Assembly (NCBI GenBank): GCA_964187785.1
Contig: OZ076413.1
Coordinates: 47,308,001 to 47,372,000 of the forward strand
Source of the DNA: Amphiscolops sp. MND2022
Taxonomy: Eukaryota
Direction: 5' to 3'
Length of the DNA stretch: 64,000 bases
Shown here: in pieces, positions 49,967 through 64,000 of the stretch
Numbering within the stretch: position 1 is the first letter of the stretch
Layout of the letters: each line of letters starts with the position of its first letter
Notes under the pieces: model-generated
What the model saw: only the letters and a program-made list of their open reading frames with translations
Told to the model about the DNA's origin: nothing
Databases searched by the model: none
Translations under genes and position numbers: made by a program

Positions 49967-51249
49967 ATCATTGTAGAGATACCATCTCCCCATAGCAAGC
50001 TACGGTACCACACTTGCAGCCACGTGGTCAACCGATAATAAAATTGCGATTTCGAAGCGGTATCCTCCGGGTAACAAAAGCTTGACTGCCCGTGGTTGCT
50101 TTCGCGCTTTCGCTTCGTCAATTGATCTCTATTTTTGAAGACAAGGACCCTAAGCTAGTGATTGGAACTTTTCTCAAGACCCAACAATGCTGATTTGAGA
50201 GATATTCGGACATGGATACCCCTCAGCGCGGAAACAATGTTTGTTTGTTCAATCCAAAGTTTGTTCAAAAATAGTAAAAAAAAGTGTTCGACAAATGCAG
50301 TTTTGTTTTTTTTCCGATTTTTCAGAGAAAAATGAGGAAGTTCGCAGCACAAAAACACACTGTTTAGCAACACAAATGTCGCAAGGTTGTACAAAATATG
50401 TGTGAAACTGTCAAAAGTTGAAATGTTCGTCTGTTTTTATTCCAGTTTAAACAATGCTTTGAAGAAAAAAGTGTTTTTCTCCAAAGAAAATTATTTTCTC
50501 TGGAAAAAAACTTCACAAAAATAGTACAAATCGCTAGCACAAATAGCCAAGTTTACACATCTTTGCTATTGTCTGGCTTTTTGAAAAGATGATTGTTTTT
50601 TCTTTGAACTGTTTCAAGTTTCATCTTCACTGAATTGTTCAAATAGTGTACAAAATGTGGCAAAATGCTGCAAAATGGGGATTCTTTAGTCACTGTATCT
50701 GCAATTGCCCCATATTAAAACGAATTTTGAATAGCTTATTGTTTTGGGGTTGTGGTTAGTGGATGTCCTAACTCACAAAACTGTCCAGGAACTGTAGAAG
50801 TATTTTTGGGTTTTTGTATGTTTTTGAGACACTTCTTTGCAAAAAACTGCAGGTTTCTTTCTGAATAAGCGTCTTGGATAGCCTCATTCACTTTTAGTGT
50901 TTTTTTGGATATTGTAATCCATAAAACTACAAAAATTTCATAAAAAAGATAAAAAATTGCAAAGTTTTGGCTTTTTGTTTGTTTGGGATCTGAGGCAATT
51001 GTATTGGAAAAAACAACCTCTTCAAAAAACATTCTGGTTAACTAAGTTGTTCATCGTTGAACTTTTCGGACTTTCTGAAACCCGATATTTTACAAACATC
51101 GTTCAAAAATTCATGAAAGTGATCAAATTTTGAAAAACGTGGAGTTCTAGAAACTTTCTAGAAATTCATATGACAGGAAACTTAGTTTATAATATTTGAA
51201 TTCTGTGGACAAAACTCTATTATTTGTGTATGAAGTTGGAACAAGATAC

Positions 51250-51765
51250 AAAATGTTATTGATTTTTTTCCATACAGTCGTACCCAGCGCAATATAGAAT
51301 TGATGCAATAAAATATAAAATAAAAAGGAATTTCAAATACCAAACTGTTATTCATATACAAATTTGTTGCACTCCGATTATAAAAGTTGCTCTTCAAATA
51401 TCAATTTGCCATTCAAATATAACATAGTTGCACACCGTATATTAACGTTGCATTTCAAATATGAACATTATCAATACAATATAAAACAGTTGCAACCAAA
51501 TATGTAAATTTTTCAGAAACATTCGTTTTGGAATTTCCGTTTTAACATTTTGATTTGCTTTACACTTTAACTATTCAACTAAAGTGAGCAATTTGTTGTT
51601 TTGAAATAGTTATGATTTGAAATTGAACAAATTTATAATTGGTCTTATAATTGTTGTGCAGCAAATTTGTATATGAATAACATCTTGATATTTGAAATGC
51701 AAAAATTTGTATTTGATTGCATTAATTCTATATTGAGCAGGGAACGGCTGTATTACAATATTGGC
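51250..51765. repeat. Diverged AT-rich foldback (inverted arms)
   Basis: CAATATAGAATTGATGCAAT...TTATTCATATACAAATTTGTTGCAC is the reverse complement of GTGCAGCAAATTTGTATATGAATAA...ATTGCATTAATTCTATATTG. Confidence 0.65.
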
Positions 51766-52004
51766 GAAAAATAACAAAGTGGCTTCACAGAAATTACCTG
51801 CAGATGAGCAGCATACCATCCCAGATGGTTCATAAAATTAGTATAGGCAACCAAGTAGGCGGGTTCTTCACCGTAGATGTCTGAGTTGTATTGCTCAAAG
51901 AACCAGTTCCACGTCGTTGTTGTTTCCATGATTCAAAACTCTCAAAAGATATGATTGACAAATACCAAACTCGCATCAAAGTAGCTTTTTCCAAAAGATT
52001 ACCA

Positions 52005-53789
52005 GAAAATTCAACACAAGAACACTCAACACAAGCAAAACTCAACACAGAAAACTCAACACAAGAAAACTCAACACAAGAAAACTCAACACAGAAAACT
52101 CAACACAAGTAAACTCAACACACGAAAACTCACCACAGAAAACTCAACACATTTTAAGCATTTTAATATTCGTAATATACAGTGGTGTGAAGAAAGAATG
52201 CGACCTAGAAATTTTGATGCGCTTTGCAAAACCTTGATCAACAAAGTAAATAATAGGGTCTCAGACAAAACAAACATATCTTCAGAAAGTTCATTTCAAG
52301 GGCTTTCAACTGATTCATTTACTTACCAAAAACGATGCCTCAAACCAGCGAAAAATTGCGTCTACAAATGATAAAACTAAACTTGCAAAATCTTTCTGTT
52401 TGTCAAATTTCCAAAATAACCAACGTACATAAGTCAACTGTTTCCCGAATTATCATTCGATACAATGACCGAGGACATATCAATAACAATAAAAGTCCCG
52501 GTAGGCCGAGAAAAGTCAACCAAAGAATGGAAAGAATTGTGGTTCGAGCTTCAAAAAAAGACCCTTTTTCAAACGCTTCCCAAATAAAAAATTCCCAACA
52601 AATCGACATATGTACCAGTTATATCAGGAAGATATTGATCAAATATGGACTTCGAGCGCGAAAAATTGCAAAGAAGCCCTCAATTACTGGGCCAAATCGA
52701 CAAAAAAGAAAAAAGTGGGCGAAAAAAATGTTGGTCGAAAAAAACGCCAATTTCTGGAAAACAGTAAACAGTCGTTTTTTCGGACGAGACTATGCTTGAG
52801 CTGAACAGTAAAGGGAAGGACCTTGTGAGAAGACCCAGAAAAACCCGTTTGGATAGCCGCTTTTTCGAGAAAAACAGTTTTTTTTCTCGAAAAAAATTGA
52901 TGGTTTTGGGATGCATTCGATCGAATGGCGATAGATTGCTGATACCCATAAAAAACAAGGTGGATTCGGATGAAAACACGAAACAAGATCATGTTATGGA
53001 CTTCCTTTATATGCATGAACCGTTTCAACAAGACAACGCCCCACCCAGCCCATACATCAGTAAAAAACCAAAAACTTTTTCGGGGCAAATGGGTTCACTT
53101 CACTAGAAAATTGGCCTGCACAGTCCCCTGATCTCAACATTATCGAAAATTTGTGGAGTATCCTAAAGAAAAACGTCTGTAAAAGACATCCGGAGACCCT
53201 AGAAGAACTTTGGAATTATGCACATGAAGAAATCGAAAAAATTCCGGTTGAGTACATAGTGAAACTTTACGACTCAATTCCTCGGCGATTACAGCTAGTT
53301 GTTGCAAAAAGAGGTTATCCGACGAAATATCAGACTTTTCTCTACGTAATGGTGTGTTGTGTATCTTTTTTGGATACGTTTTCTTATATTTTTGATTTAA
53401 TTTCGTTGCAATAAAATTTTGTACGTAGTCGCATTCTTTCTTCACACCACTGTATATTATACATCTATATTTCTTGTTCGTACTGCTCATAATTTATGCT
53501 TTTGACACAATTTTTCAAAAATATTTGTTTGCGTTTAAACTTCTATCTGTCTCAACGTTTCTAAACTTTTTCTAAACTGTCTCAACGTTTAAACTGTTGA
53601 ATTTTCTGTCTTGAATTTTCTGTGTTGGGTTTTCTTGTGTTGAATTTTCTGTTTTTTACTTTGTGTTGAGTTTTCTGTGTTGAGTTTTTTTGTGTTGAGT
53701 TTTCATATGTTGAGTTTTCCGTACCCCAAGTGGATTCTATGTTGAGTTTTCTTGTGTTGAGTTTTCATGTGTTGAGTTTTCCGTACCCC
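52005..53789. repeat. Foldback element with inverted arrays of a 15-bp unit (AAAACTCAACACAAG), host of the Tc1 insertion
   Basis: Tandem AAAACTCAACAC at about 52005-52150 and its reverse complement GTGTTGAGTTTT at about 53595-53785. Confidence 0.75.
52180..53452 (+). mobile_element. Tc1-family DNA transposon with frameshifted transposase (52335 to about 53330)
   Basis: Perfect 25-bp TIRs CAGTGGTGTGAAGAAAGAATGCGAC with a TA target duplication. HTH plus GRPRK, FQQDNAP, and WPAQSPDLNIIENLWSILK. Confidence 0.95.
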
Positions 53790-54119
53790 TTCCAAAATAG
53801 CTTCCTTTTTGAGTGGTGAAGGTTTAAAGAATTCAGGAAACTTTGAGTAATATAGGTTGAAAATCACCCTTGAATTTTGTAAAAAGTATCAAAAAACAAT
53901 ACATCAATTTAAGTACTTCACAATCGCCCTCAGCATGCTGGTGTTGACATTTACAACTATAGTACTTTTCCTTACTTTTGTAACATCTCCCCACTGGAAC
54001 TTTCACTGATCAAAAGAATTTAGCTTTTTTCCTTTTCAGCGATACGTATTTTACACCGGTTGCCTCGCTTGAAAAATGAAGCAATCTCAGCTTTGACTAG
54101 GGGTTTTTACATATTTCGC

Positions 54120-57100
54120 TGTCAATGATGACTCACAACATTGACTCATCATGAACTCAAACTATTTTATCTACACTTCCTGACTTTTCACGCTTGTTTT
54201 CATACTTTTTGTTCAAACTGTTGATCGTACTGGTGACTCAATGAAAGAAATATAAAATGTTTCTTATATGTTTTGGCGCTCTTTCAACTTGACTTTCAAA
54301 GCCAACCTTTTCGACGAAATTCTGATGCAACCTCAGAAGAAACTATCCTTTGTGATTTCTTTTCCGAGCTCTCTCTGGAAACCTTGGTTAGTCCATTCCA
54401 ATTTTTCGTGGTTCTCAGCGCCCACAAATCATCTCCACTACAAGGATTTTGCTTCCCACTCCAAAATTCAGCCTTTTTTGGAATTTTTTCTCGCTGACCT
54501 TAAGCAGCAAAAATGGTTTTCGCTTCAATCAAACGACAAAAATGGTTCCTCAACAAACAGAAAAGAACTTTTTCCGAAAGACAACAGAATTGACGATCCT
54601 TAAAGCTACACTCCAGTGTGAATTACAACGTAGCTAGCCACTTCAAAGTCTCCATACACGACATTTTTTTCAGCCTTTACCTAGCTGCATTGAGCAGAGA
54701 GTAGGGAGTGTTTTTTAAATAGTTGTCTCCTTAACATATTAGGGTGATACAAGTGTAAAACGTCCTTTATTAACCTTCTCTGATTAGAGAAAGAAAAGTA
54801 ACCAAAAACACAATTCTCGGGACACAAACCACTGATTAGCGGTCTCAAAACGCCTTAGTCGTTTTTGTCAGATTGTCTCTCCATATTCCGTTTCAAGCCT
54901 TTTTTCAAAGTAGCCACCAGTCCCGTCCAGTTTCTTCAACTACCGTCCAGCAAAGGTAAGTATCAGATCGGTCGTTTCGTACGGTGCCCGTGCAGACCCA
55001 AACCGTCGCTCGTTCGGAAGTTCTAGGCAGAACAGGAAGAAACATTCATTTTGCTATCCTTAAATTTCTTTTTGTACCGGTTCGCAGCAGTTTTCTTTCC
55101 GCAAGCTGTCTGACTTCTACTACGATCAACGATGGTGAACCCGAAGATCGACTCTCTCAAAAATCACTTTCGACTGCACGAGTGCAAGTTTGAGATTACT
55201 TCGAACTACCTTGCATCGAAGTTGACCTCTGACAATAACATCCAGCGCCTGCGTGAAATTCTTGCGCAGTTGCAAACTATCGCCGTCAAACTCGAAGAAA
55301 TCTCCGAACAGACGTCTGCATTCATGACGCTCGATGAATTGGAGCCGTTTCTGCAGAAGTCAGCCGACTTCTCTTAAATTATTTTACACTATGCTGACAA
55401 CATCGATAAGCTAAACCAAAGCGGTCCAAGTCGCTCTTCATTAACCTTTGCTCCCTTCGAGGGCCAGTGGGAAGACTCGCCTTCAGCACTCACCATTGCA
55501 GCCTCACAGCAGCAACAGAATTTTGCAACCGCACCCAACAACACGGAACCCCTGCCGCAGCTTCTCATCAACTCCGCACAACCTGCAACTTGCGCTCCAG
55601 CACAACCACAACTTACCACGCATATCATGGACATGAAGGGTCCCGAGTTGTCCCGCCACTTGAGAAGTTTGGATAACTCATGTTTCCGGAACCGCTCATC
55701 AGGACGCTTCCTACACCTATGACATACAAAGAAACATCGAGTTCTATCCGGAACAACAGGACCTGGCCTCTGAAACCATTCTTTTACAGATCTGTGAGCG
55801 GCATTGGGACAACTCAGTCATCACTCCGTAGCCAGCAACAACCACCGCAGTTGGACAACTCAGTCGTCATTCTCCCTCGCCAACAGCAACCAGTGAGTAT
55901 TGCCTGTCATTTGCCACACCCACCACCTTCAACAACTGCATCCAGCCGATTAATCTACACCACCAACTATATTCTACCAACTTTCGACACTGTTTTGACA
56001 AACAGCGTCCATCCATGAATATCAGGTGGTCAAACCCCCACTTTCCGTTACCCCACATGCAAAGCGCCAACCTTCAACATCTTCCACCTTCATCAGTTCC
56101 GCCTCCAGCTGAAACGCAAACACAATCTTGTCCGTCGTCCAATCACCAGACTTCTCTGCCTGTATCACAACCCATTCCCGCTCACTCTGACATTTGCTTT
56201 GCCACCAACACCGAATGGATAACACGGACCTTTCCTAACCCAGCCACCGAGTGTCCGCCAATGGTACATCCTCGTTGTAACCCTATGCTTCAGGATCATC
56301 CTCATTTTATCAACCAGCCGGTTCAGCAGTCAGTTACCTCCGCCCCTACCGTACCAGTTGTTTCAACCCAACACCCGTTCTCCGCCTCTGGTATAAAATT
56401 GCCGCCTGTTCAGATTCCGAAATTTGATGGGGATTCTCTCGCCTTTCATGATTGAATCAACACTTTCAAAGCATCTGTTCACGAAAACAGATCGATCTCA
56501 CAAACTCACCGAATCACTTACCTGCAAAACTCAGTTTCCGGAAAGACGAAAGACCTCTTCCGAGGTTACTCTTGTAACCCTGCTTTCTACAACGTCGTGG
56601 TAGCGGAACGTGAATCTCGCTTCGGTTCACCGCAGCACGTTGTAACAGCCTACATTCGCCGTCTCGAATCATGGCCAAAAATGTCATCGCCAAACCACAC
56701 TCTCGTATCGTTTTCCACATTTCTGAAACAGCTGATTCAAACCTTCCACAATCTCCAATTCACAGCTGATCTGCATTCATCAACTGTCCTATCCCTGGTC
56801 AAAGAAAATCTTCCACACCATTTGTTGCTCAAATGGACTAAACATACAGTTAGAAACAACATGTCAACACCTAATCTGCTCGATTTACAACAGTGGTTGG
56901 ATATCCAAACAAAAGTACTGGAAACACTCGAACCAACAACGAACGTTCTTCCAGCACCACCGCACCAAAGACATCGAAAATAAAATTCCTTGCGTGCCCA
57001 ATCTGTGCTGCGCCGCACTTTGTCTACAAATGTCCCCAGTACGCATCCGCTTCCATGAACGAAAAACTTCAAAAGGTCCAAGATCTCAAGTTATGCTACA

Positions 57101-60100
57101 ACTGTTTGAGCAACTCCGTTTTGAAGACCGACTGCCCCTCAAAATTCGATGCCAAGAACGAACCCAATTGTGGCGCTTCCCACCACACCTCTCTCCACAC
57201 TCAACTCCGAAAAGACCTTCGGAATGTCAACAAAAAAAATCCCTCGACTGACAAAAAGTCAGTTTCTAGCAAATCCAATTTACAAACTAACCACCAAGAT
57301 GCAGAAACGTCAACGCAATTTCAACGCTCCCAGAATCAGAACAAACCCTCCGGACAGCCTCAGTTTAACGCCGCTGCCATCGCCAAATTTCCCAAAGATC
57401 TTTTCTCCGTTCTTCAAATTATCCCCGTTTCCATCATCAATGGAGACGAAACGTTTGATACGTATGCCTTGATTGATCCCGGTAGCACCGGAACGTACAT
57501 CGTGAACTAGATGTACAGTTTCTGAGTCTTTCTCGTTCTTTGTCAGTCTCCGCCACATCATTTGACATTGCACCATACACTGCCATTGACACCAAATTCC
57601 ACGTACAGCACGCCTTCTCCACCCCTAATATCAGCCTTCCCCCTGCCGATACCACCGAACTGAATGATATATGTCAACAATTTCCCCAGCTTCGTCATAT
57701 AAAGTTCCCAGACATCAACAAGGGAAAAAAAGAGTGGTCCAAGGAGCTCACAACTGTCCTTTCGGTATTCGGACGGAACTCGGCTGGACAATTGCCAGTG
57801 AGTTCCGTCACTCCTCCCGCAACAAACCTAGCGCTGCCAAGCACCTGCTTTTCTTCGCTTCCCATGAACCATCACCGACACATTCTGGAACATTACTGGA
57901 ATGTTGAACAAATAGCCACTGAACCAACGCAAAAAGATATTTTGTCTACCCATGACAAAAAAACCCTTCAGATACTTCAAGACACCTGCCGCCACAATGG
58001 CGAAAGGTACGAAACAGGGCTTCCTTGGAAACGCAACTCGCCACTCCCGAACAATTATTTCGCCGCATTGAGTCATCTCCGCAGCCTCGGAAAACGCTTC
58101 CGAGAACACCCACAGAAGAAAGTCAAATTCGACGAAACCTTGTGGAAGGATCTCGAAAAAGGTTATGTGAAACAAGTCGAAATGCAACATCCGCAGCCCC
58201 CGCGAATTTGGTCCCTCCCCACGCATCCCGTCGAGAATCCCTATAAACCAGGAAAAATCCGCCGAGTAGCCAACGCAGCCTCCAAGTTCAAGGGCGTCTC
58301 GCTCAATACCGCTCTTTGTAACCTTTTATCTAACTTGCTCGAAATCAATCTTCGTTTCCGCATTTCCGCAAATATCCAGTCGGTGTGTTAGCCGACATCG
58401 AAGGAATGTTTATGCAAGTTGCCATCAGTAAAGAAGACCAGTCTGCGCTCCGGTTCATCTGGTTAGAAGATGACATCGTTCGCCAATATCAATACAGTCG
58501 CCTAATTTTTTGGCGCCAACTGTTCGGAATGCTGCGCCATTTTCGCTCTACGCCGTTGCGCTGCCGACCTATCCGACCGCTTTCCCGACGTTTATGAAGC
58601 AGTTCTACGCAATTTCTACATGGTTGACTTCATAATGTCTTTTGCCACCGCTGAAGCTGCCCGCTGCCTCACCTCTAATCTACGTACTGTTCTCCAACAC
58701 GGAGGTTTCCGCCTTCTAAGTTCGATTCGAATAATCCTGCCGCTATTACCGCTCTTCCCGAAGAATACAAAGAAATCTTTAAGAACACAGCGAAAGTCCT
58801 TGGTCAAACCTGGTGTCCTCCTAATGACACGTTCACAGCTCCAACGCCAAAAACAATCGACCCGCCGCAAACGCTTCGACAACTGTTCAGCGAGGTGTCC
58901 TCCATTTTCGATCCTATTGGATTGCTCGCTCCTTTCGTAATACAACTCAAAGTCATTCTTCAGAACCTCTGGAAACGAGGACAAACATGGGACCAGCCCA
59001 TGCCTGACGATCTCCAACCTCGTATCAACAAGTTTGCGATGCAGTATGCCACCATGCCTGACATCGCCGTACCACGTCAAATAGCGCCTCTGCTCACCTC
59101 TGCGGATTTTCACATTTTCACCGACGCGTCCATTTCTGCCTTCTCCGCCGTTATCTACGCACGTCAACCACCGTCAGACACCGCGCCCGCTGGTCTCGTA
59201 TTCTTTCTTGGCAAGAGCCGTGTCGCTCCCATCGAGCAACGCAGTGTTCCAAAGCTGGAGCTCGAAGCCGCCGTTTTAGGAGTCCGTTTACTCCGCACCG
59301 TCCTAAACGCTTTCGAATGTAACTTTCGCCAAGTTTTTTTTGGTCCGATAGTTGCCTCGATCCAGAACCAAATAAAACCTGAAACATTCGTTGCTCACCG
59401 AGAGAACGAACTCGTTCAACACAAGAATCCGAAGCAGTGGCACCACGTTCCAACCGAGTTGAACCCCGCCGATCACGGAACTCGCGGTTTGAAACCCTCA
59501 GACATTTCCCCCAAGCGGACAAAAGGACCTGACTTCCTTTTGAATCCTGAAAAAGATTGGCCTTCAAGATTGCCCGCAAACTCGGATAGGTCAATCTGCA
59601 CCCCAACTGTCGTCATGCCGCAAACCGGCCTCGCTGATATTTCAAGATTTTCCTCTTGGAATCGGTTACTCAAAAAAGGAGCAATCGTCCGCTTCTTCGT
59701 CCGCCGTCTCCGAGATCCGTCGTCCACGCCAAACTTAACCGCTAACGATTTTCAACTAGCAACAGAAACACTTCTCCGTCAATCGCAACTAGCGTCTTTT
59801 CCAGCCATTCTTGGAAAACTTCTTCGAAAGGAACCATTGTCGTCCGAAGACAAACTCCTATCTCTGAACCCTTTCATTGACGAACGCCAATTTATACGCT
59901 CTTCCTGACGTTTAAATACGCACCGTTACACGCAGCTACCCTCATGCCTGTCGTTCTAGATGCCCAAAACACAATACCACGCCTCCTCAATTTAAACTTT
60001 CACGAAATATGCCACCACGCCGGTCCCGAATACGTCAAGTCATTTCTGCAACAACGCTATTTCATTTTTGGCGTCCGTGTCACTCTCCGAACCATGAGTT

Positions 60101-61333
60101 GTCGTTGCTTCCAGTGCCGTCGCTTCCGAGCAGAAAACGTCGAGCCAGTGATGGCGCTTTTACCCAGATGCCAATTTCTCTCCACAGATGTAGCATATCC
60201 GTTCCCAAACGCCGTAGTCGATGCATTTGGACCGTTCTTCATTGTCGACGGGAAGCGAACTGAGAAACACTACAGCATGATTTTCACCTGCCTTGGCACC
60301 CGTGCCTGTCATTTAGAACCTTGTCCCGCCTTAACCACGGACTCCTTCATCAACGCCTTCCGCCGCTTCATTACCAGAAGAGGCCAGCCGCAATACATCC
60401 GTTGCGACAATGGAAAAAATTTCGTTGGCGCTCGTTGTGAACTCAAAGAAGCCTTGAACGCAGCCATCCGCACAGCTCTGCAAACTCCTTCACTAGCTCC
60501 TGCGATGGAATGGCACCTCAATCCACCGTTCGCGCCACACTTTGGTGGGTGTGGGAACGCCTTATCCAAACGGCCAAGAAGACTCTACTCCTGATCTTGG
60601 GATCCAGAAAACTGACTCTAGAACTGTTTTACACAATCCTTGTCGAAACAGAACTGGCGGTCAACTCACGACCTCTGACCCATGTTTCCGACTACCCAGA
60701 CAGAGAGGAACCTCTGACTCCCAACAATTTTCTTCTCCACAAACCCTATGCAAACCTGCCACCTGGAGTTTTCCAAGATTCCAGTTATCAGCTCACGCAG
60801 AAGTCTTGGAAAGAAACCCAAAAACTTGTCAACCATATTTGGAAGAGGCTGCTAACTGAACACCTCCCAACTCTGCATCAACGTTCCAAGTGGAACCAAA
60901 AACTACCACCAATCACTGTTGGAGAGCTTGTGTGGGTGCTACGAGACTTCACACCTCTTGGGATTTGGCCTATTGGGCGAGTGGAAGCAGTTTTCCCAGG
61001 ACGAGATGGACAGACCCGAGTGTGTTCTGTGAAGACAGCTTACGAAACCTTCGAGCGCCCCGCCGTCTCTCTTTCCCGCGTTTTCGTTCCGTGACGCTTC
61101 GTTCGCCACGACTCAAATTTCGAACTTTTTTCCAGTCCGCCCTTTTCTCCCCTCTCTTCTCCCTGCAGCTTGGGGGGCTGGGACATGTCAATGATGACTC
61201 ACAACATTGACTCATCATGAACTCAAACTATTTTATTTTTACTTCCTAACTTTTCACGCTTGATTTCATACTTTTTGTTTAAACTGTTGATCGTACTGGT
61301 GACTCAATAAATGAAATATAAATGTTTTTTATA
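54120..61333 (+). mobile_element. Full-length decayed BEL/Pao LTR retrotransposon
   Basis: LTRs 54120-54268 and 61186-61333, TSD TTCGC, G-rich PPT. Gag LPPVQIPKFDGD with three Cys/His knuckles, protease LIDPGS, RT ADIEGMFMQV/FYMVD, RNase H FTDAS...VPKLELEAA, and integrase CDNGKNF...WERL. Confidence 0.95.
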
Positions 61334-64000
61334 TTCGCTTTTAGGGTTTATTTTTAGGTTGCGGATTAGGGCATTTCAAATTTGTGGTTAGGCCTTGACA
61401 GCTTGTTTTATTCAGCGGAAATTAGCAAATTGAATTCGAACTTTGTCTACTTCTTTCGTTTTTGGCGTGTGTCAAACCATCCTTGTCCTAAAACGTTTGA
61501 GTCAAAAGCGCGTTGAAATTCTTCAATAATTCTTTAATAACTGCAGCTATTATTTAAAAATAAGTTCCAAACGACAAGGTTTTTCACAAATTTCAAACAA
61601 TTTCCTTGACACTTGCGATCTAATTGGACTTTCTATCAAAACTGGAAAACTGGTACATTCTTATTTATACGTCATGTTGTTTTTGTTATGCAAAGAAACA
61701 AGACGGGACCTCCAAAATCGGTACTACGCATAGAACTCATAAAAATCAAAGTCTCTTGAATATTCTCAAGGAGGATTTTCTTAATATCCTTTTTGGCTGG
61801 AAAAGCGGCGACTTTTCTATTTTAAATTGATCAGAAACACTAACGGTGGGCCTTTTTTTGAAATGAAAAAAAAAACTTGCAGAAACTCGCACAGTACCGA
61901 ATGAAAAGTAAATAAATTCGTCCCTGGTAAATATATTTGATTCAAACCCTGAGACTGTGTTTCGAGCCACGCTGTCACTGTTTTAGATCGACATGAGTAG
62001 TTGAAAAAATTTGGCATAAAATATGGGAAAAAAGATTATGCAGAAAATAGGCGTTTTCATACTTTTGAGGAAACAAAAAAAATAAAGTCAAACGAACTTG
62101 ATAATAGAGAAGCTAGTTATTTTCTTTCTGTAATCTTATTTCCCTTTGTTTCGTCTGAAATCGAATTCGCAAGCTGAGAAAACGTCACCCACTTGATTCT
62201 TAAAATGTGTAATTTCAATTTTTCCCAATCTTCAATCACGTTGTGTTTTCTTTATTTTTTCCGTAATTTGTCTCATTAAATTGCCCTTCCTACGAAAAGA
62301 GCATACGTTTACAACAAAAGAACAAAATTCACACAAATTCTGCTCACAAAATGCAAGGGGAGAGTATTCCCATTGTTCAAAAAGCTGAATGGGGAAAGCT
62401 GCTTTTTGACGCTTAGTGTGCGACATGTTTAACACAGCAATTACAAGCTTCTTATTTTCCGTATTTGTCACAAAAATTGTAGTTTTAGCACGAGAATTTT
62501 GATATTTTTTCCTCCACAACTTCTTGCCAATAGCTATTAAAACTGCTGGGAAGTATCTCTTCGTGGTTTCAAGCCGTAAATATATATATCCTGGAAATGT
62601 AGAAGAGAGACCAAAGGGTCCCCACTTCAAGATTTTTCAGAACTCTTATTTTCCCGAAGGTTGTTTTTACTCACTTTCAGTTATTCTTTTGAACGTTTTT
62701 TGAGCCTAAAAGGTCACACATTTCGGCAATTTCGGTTTTTTTCTTGCAACAATTTTTTGGGGTTCGGGGATTTTTCAGTTGAGAAATGAATTTTTCACCC
62801 TGAAAGGTCACCTTTGGAATTTTTCTGTTGTAAAAGTAGTATACACAAAAATCACAGACCCGCTGCGTCGTTTTTGGGGCTCGAGCTTTGCGAGGTGCCC
62901 ATATGGGGACGTTTTTTTTTCGCAGATTTCGTGACATATGCCAACTTGTGAAGTAAATTCCTCAAAACTGACAATAGATATGAATACCATGTTTTCGCTA
63001 AAAGTTGCGCAAGATCCTAGGCTACATTTTTGCCGAAAAAAATTTTGAAACAATTCGGCTTCTCTGGTTTTTTCGAAAAGAAGTTTTGAAAAACCGCAAT
63101 TTTCGAGTGTTTTTCATCTTTGATCCCCTATATCTTAAAACTGAGACTGAAAATAGGATCCATGGTTTCGTAAATTGTACAAGCGTTTCATAGGCTACAT
63201 TTTAGCCGAAAAATGACGTCAAAATTGTTTTTCATACTTGGTTTTTTGGGCAAAAAAGAGTTTAAAAAATGTTGAAAATTTTGTTCTTATTTGTAACTCA
63301 TTATTCTCAAAACTTATACACGACACAGAAACAATTCTTTTTCGAGAAAAACAGCATAGATGTAGGCTTCACAAAGTGAGGCAAAGTGAGGCAAGGATGT
63401 AGGTTAATTTTTGTACTATCAAAGTTTTCGTCATGAAGTATGCCGCTTTCGGCTTTCTGCCAGAAATACATTTTTTCGTTTTTCTCAAGAAAGTTTTCCG
63501 TGATCTTTTTAGTTCCTTCATCAAATTATCCTGATCTGAAACTAAATACGTTCACTAGGTTTTGGGTCCTGGTATATACTCGTTTTGTCGCACCTTCTTC
63601 GGACCTTTGAACGTTTCTGCTCGAGCCCAAGTGCGACATGCCGTCGCGCCTATGTTTTCATTTTGTAACCAAACCTCGGAGATTTTGTTACACAACGCGT
63701 CAAAACTTTGAATGATGTCACAGCACTGCATTTTTCTTCGACTTGATTTTCGCCTCTAGTTCCCTTACAGATTAGTTTTATGTTGAACGTTTGAAAATTG
63801 CACTCCAAAGAGATGATGAACATTGTCAAAGAAAAATCCAATAGCGGACAACCTTATTAAAAAATTGCACCAGATTTGGGATTGAGTAAATCACCTGTTG
63901 CTTTTATGGCAGAAAGCAATTATGGCGTTAAACATGGAACTCAAGGGTGACCCAGAGTCACTATAAAAGTGCATGATTTGCGGATGAAACGAGAAGTTGT

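Noticed and set aside
61340..64000. Several 60-130-aa ORFs at the right end
   Set aside because: Low-complexity AT-rich repeat-like DNA with no recognisable domains.

Overview
AT-rich, intron-containing eukaryotic (animal-like) DNA dominated by mobile elements. From left to right: (1) 1-6 kb, a partly degraded Polinton/Maverick (adintovirus-like) gene block with integrase, A32-like ATPase, minor capsid and adenain-like protease. (2) 8.4-14.8 kb, the 3' exons of a tyrosylprotein sulfotransferase (TPST) gene with a duplicated alternative last exon. (3) 15669-31481, a recent full-length 15.8-kb Ty3/Gypsy element on the minus strand with 1.6-kb LTRs and TSD TGTAT. (4) A decayed second Gypsy element. 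(5) A rhodopsin-class GPCR gene. (6) A solo LTR related to element 3, split by a nested non-coding LTR element. (7) A Tc1 transposon inside a foldback repeat. (8) A full-length decayed BEL/Pao element with TSD TTCGC. The most unusual object is the 15.8-kb Gypsy. Its gag ORF starts about 640 nt inside the 5' LTR and reads through the PBS. An extra ORF reads through the PPT into the 3' LTR. Between pol and the 3' LTR it carries an antisense 5-exon spliced gene of about 1300 codons with a BED-like zinc finger and apparent hAT-transposase ancestry. All calls come from reading the sequence by eye; no searches were run.
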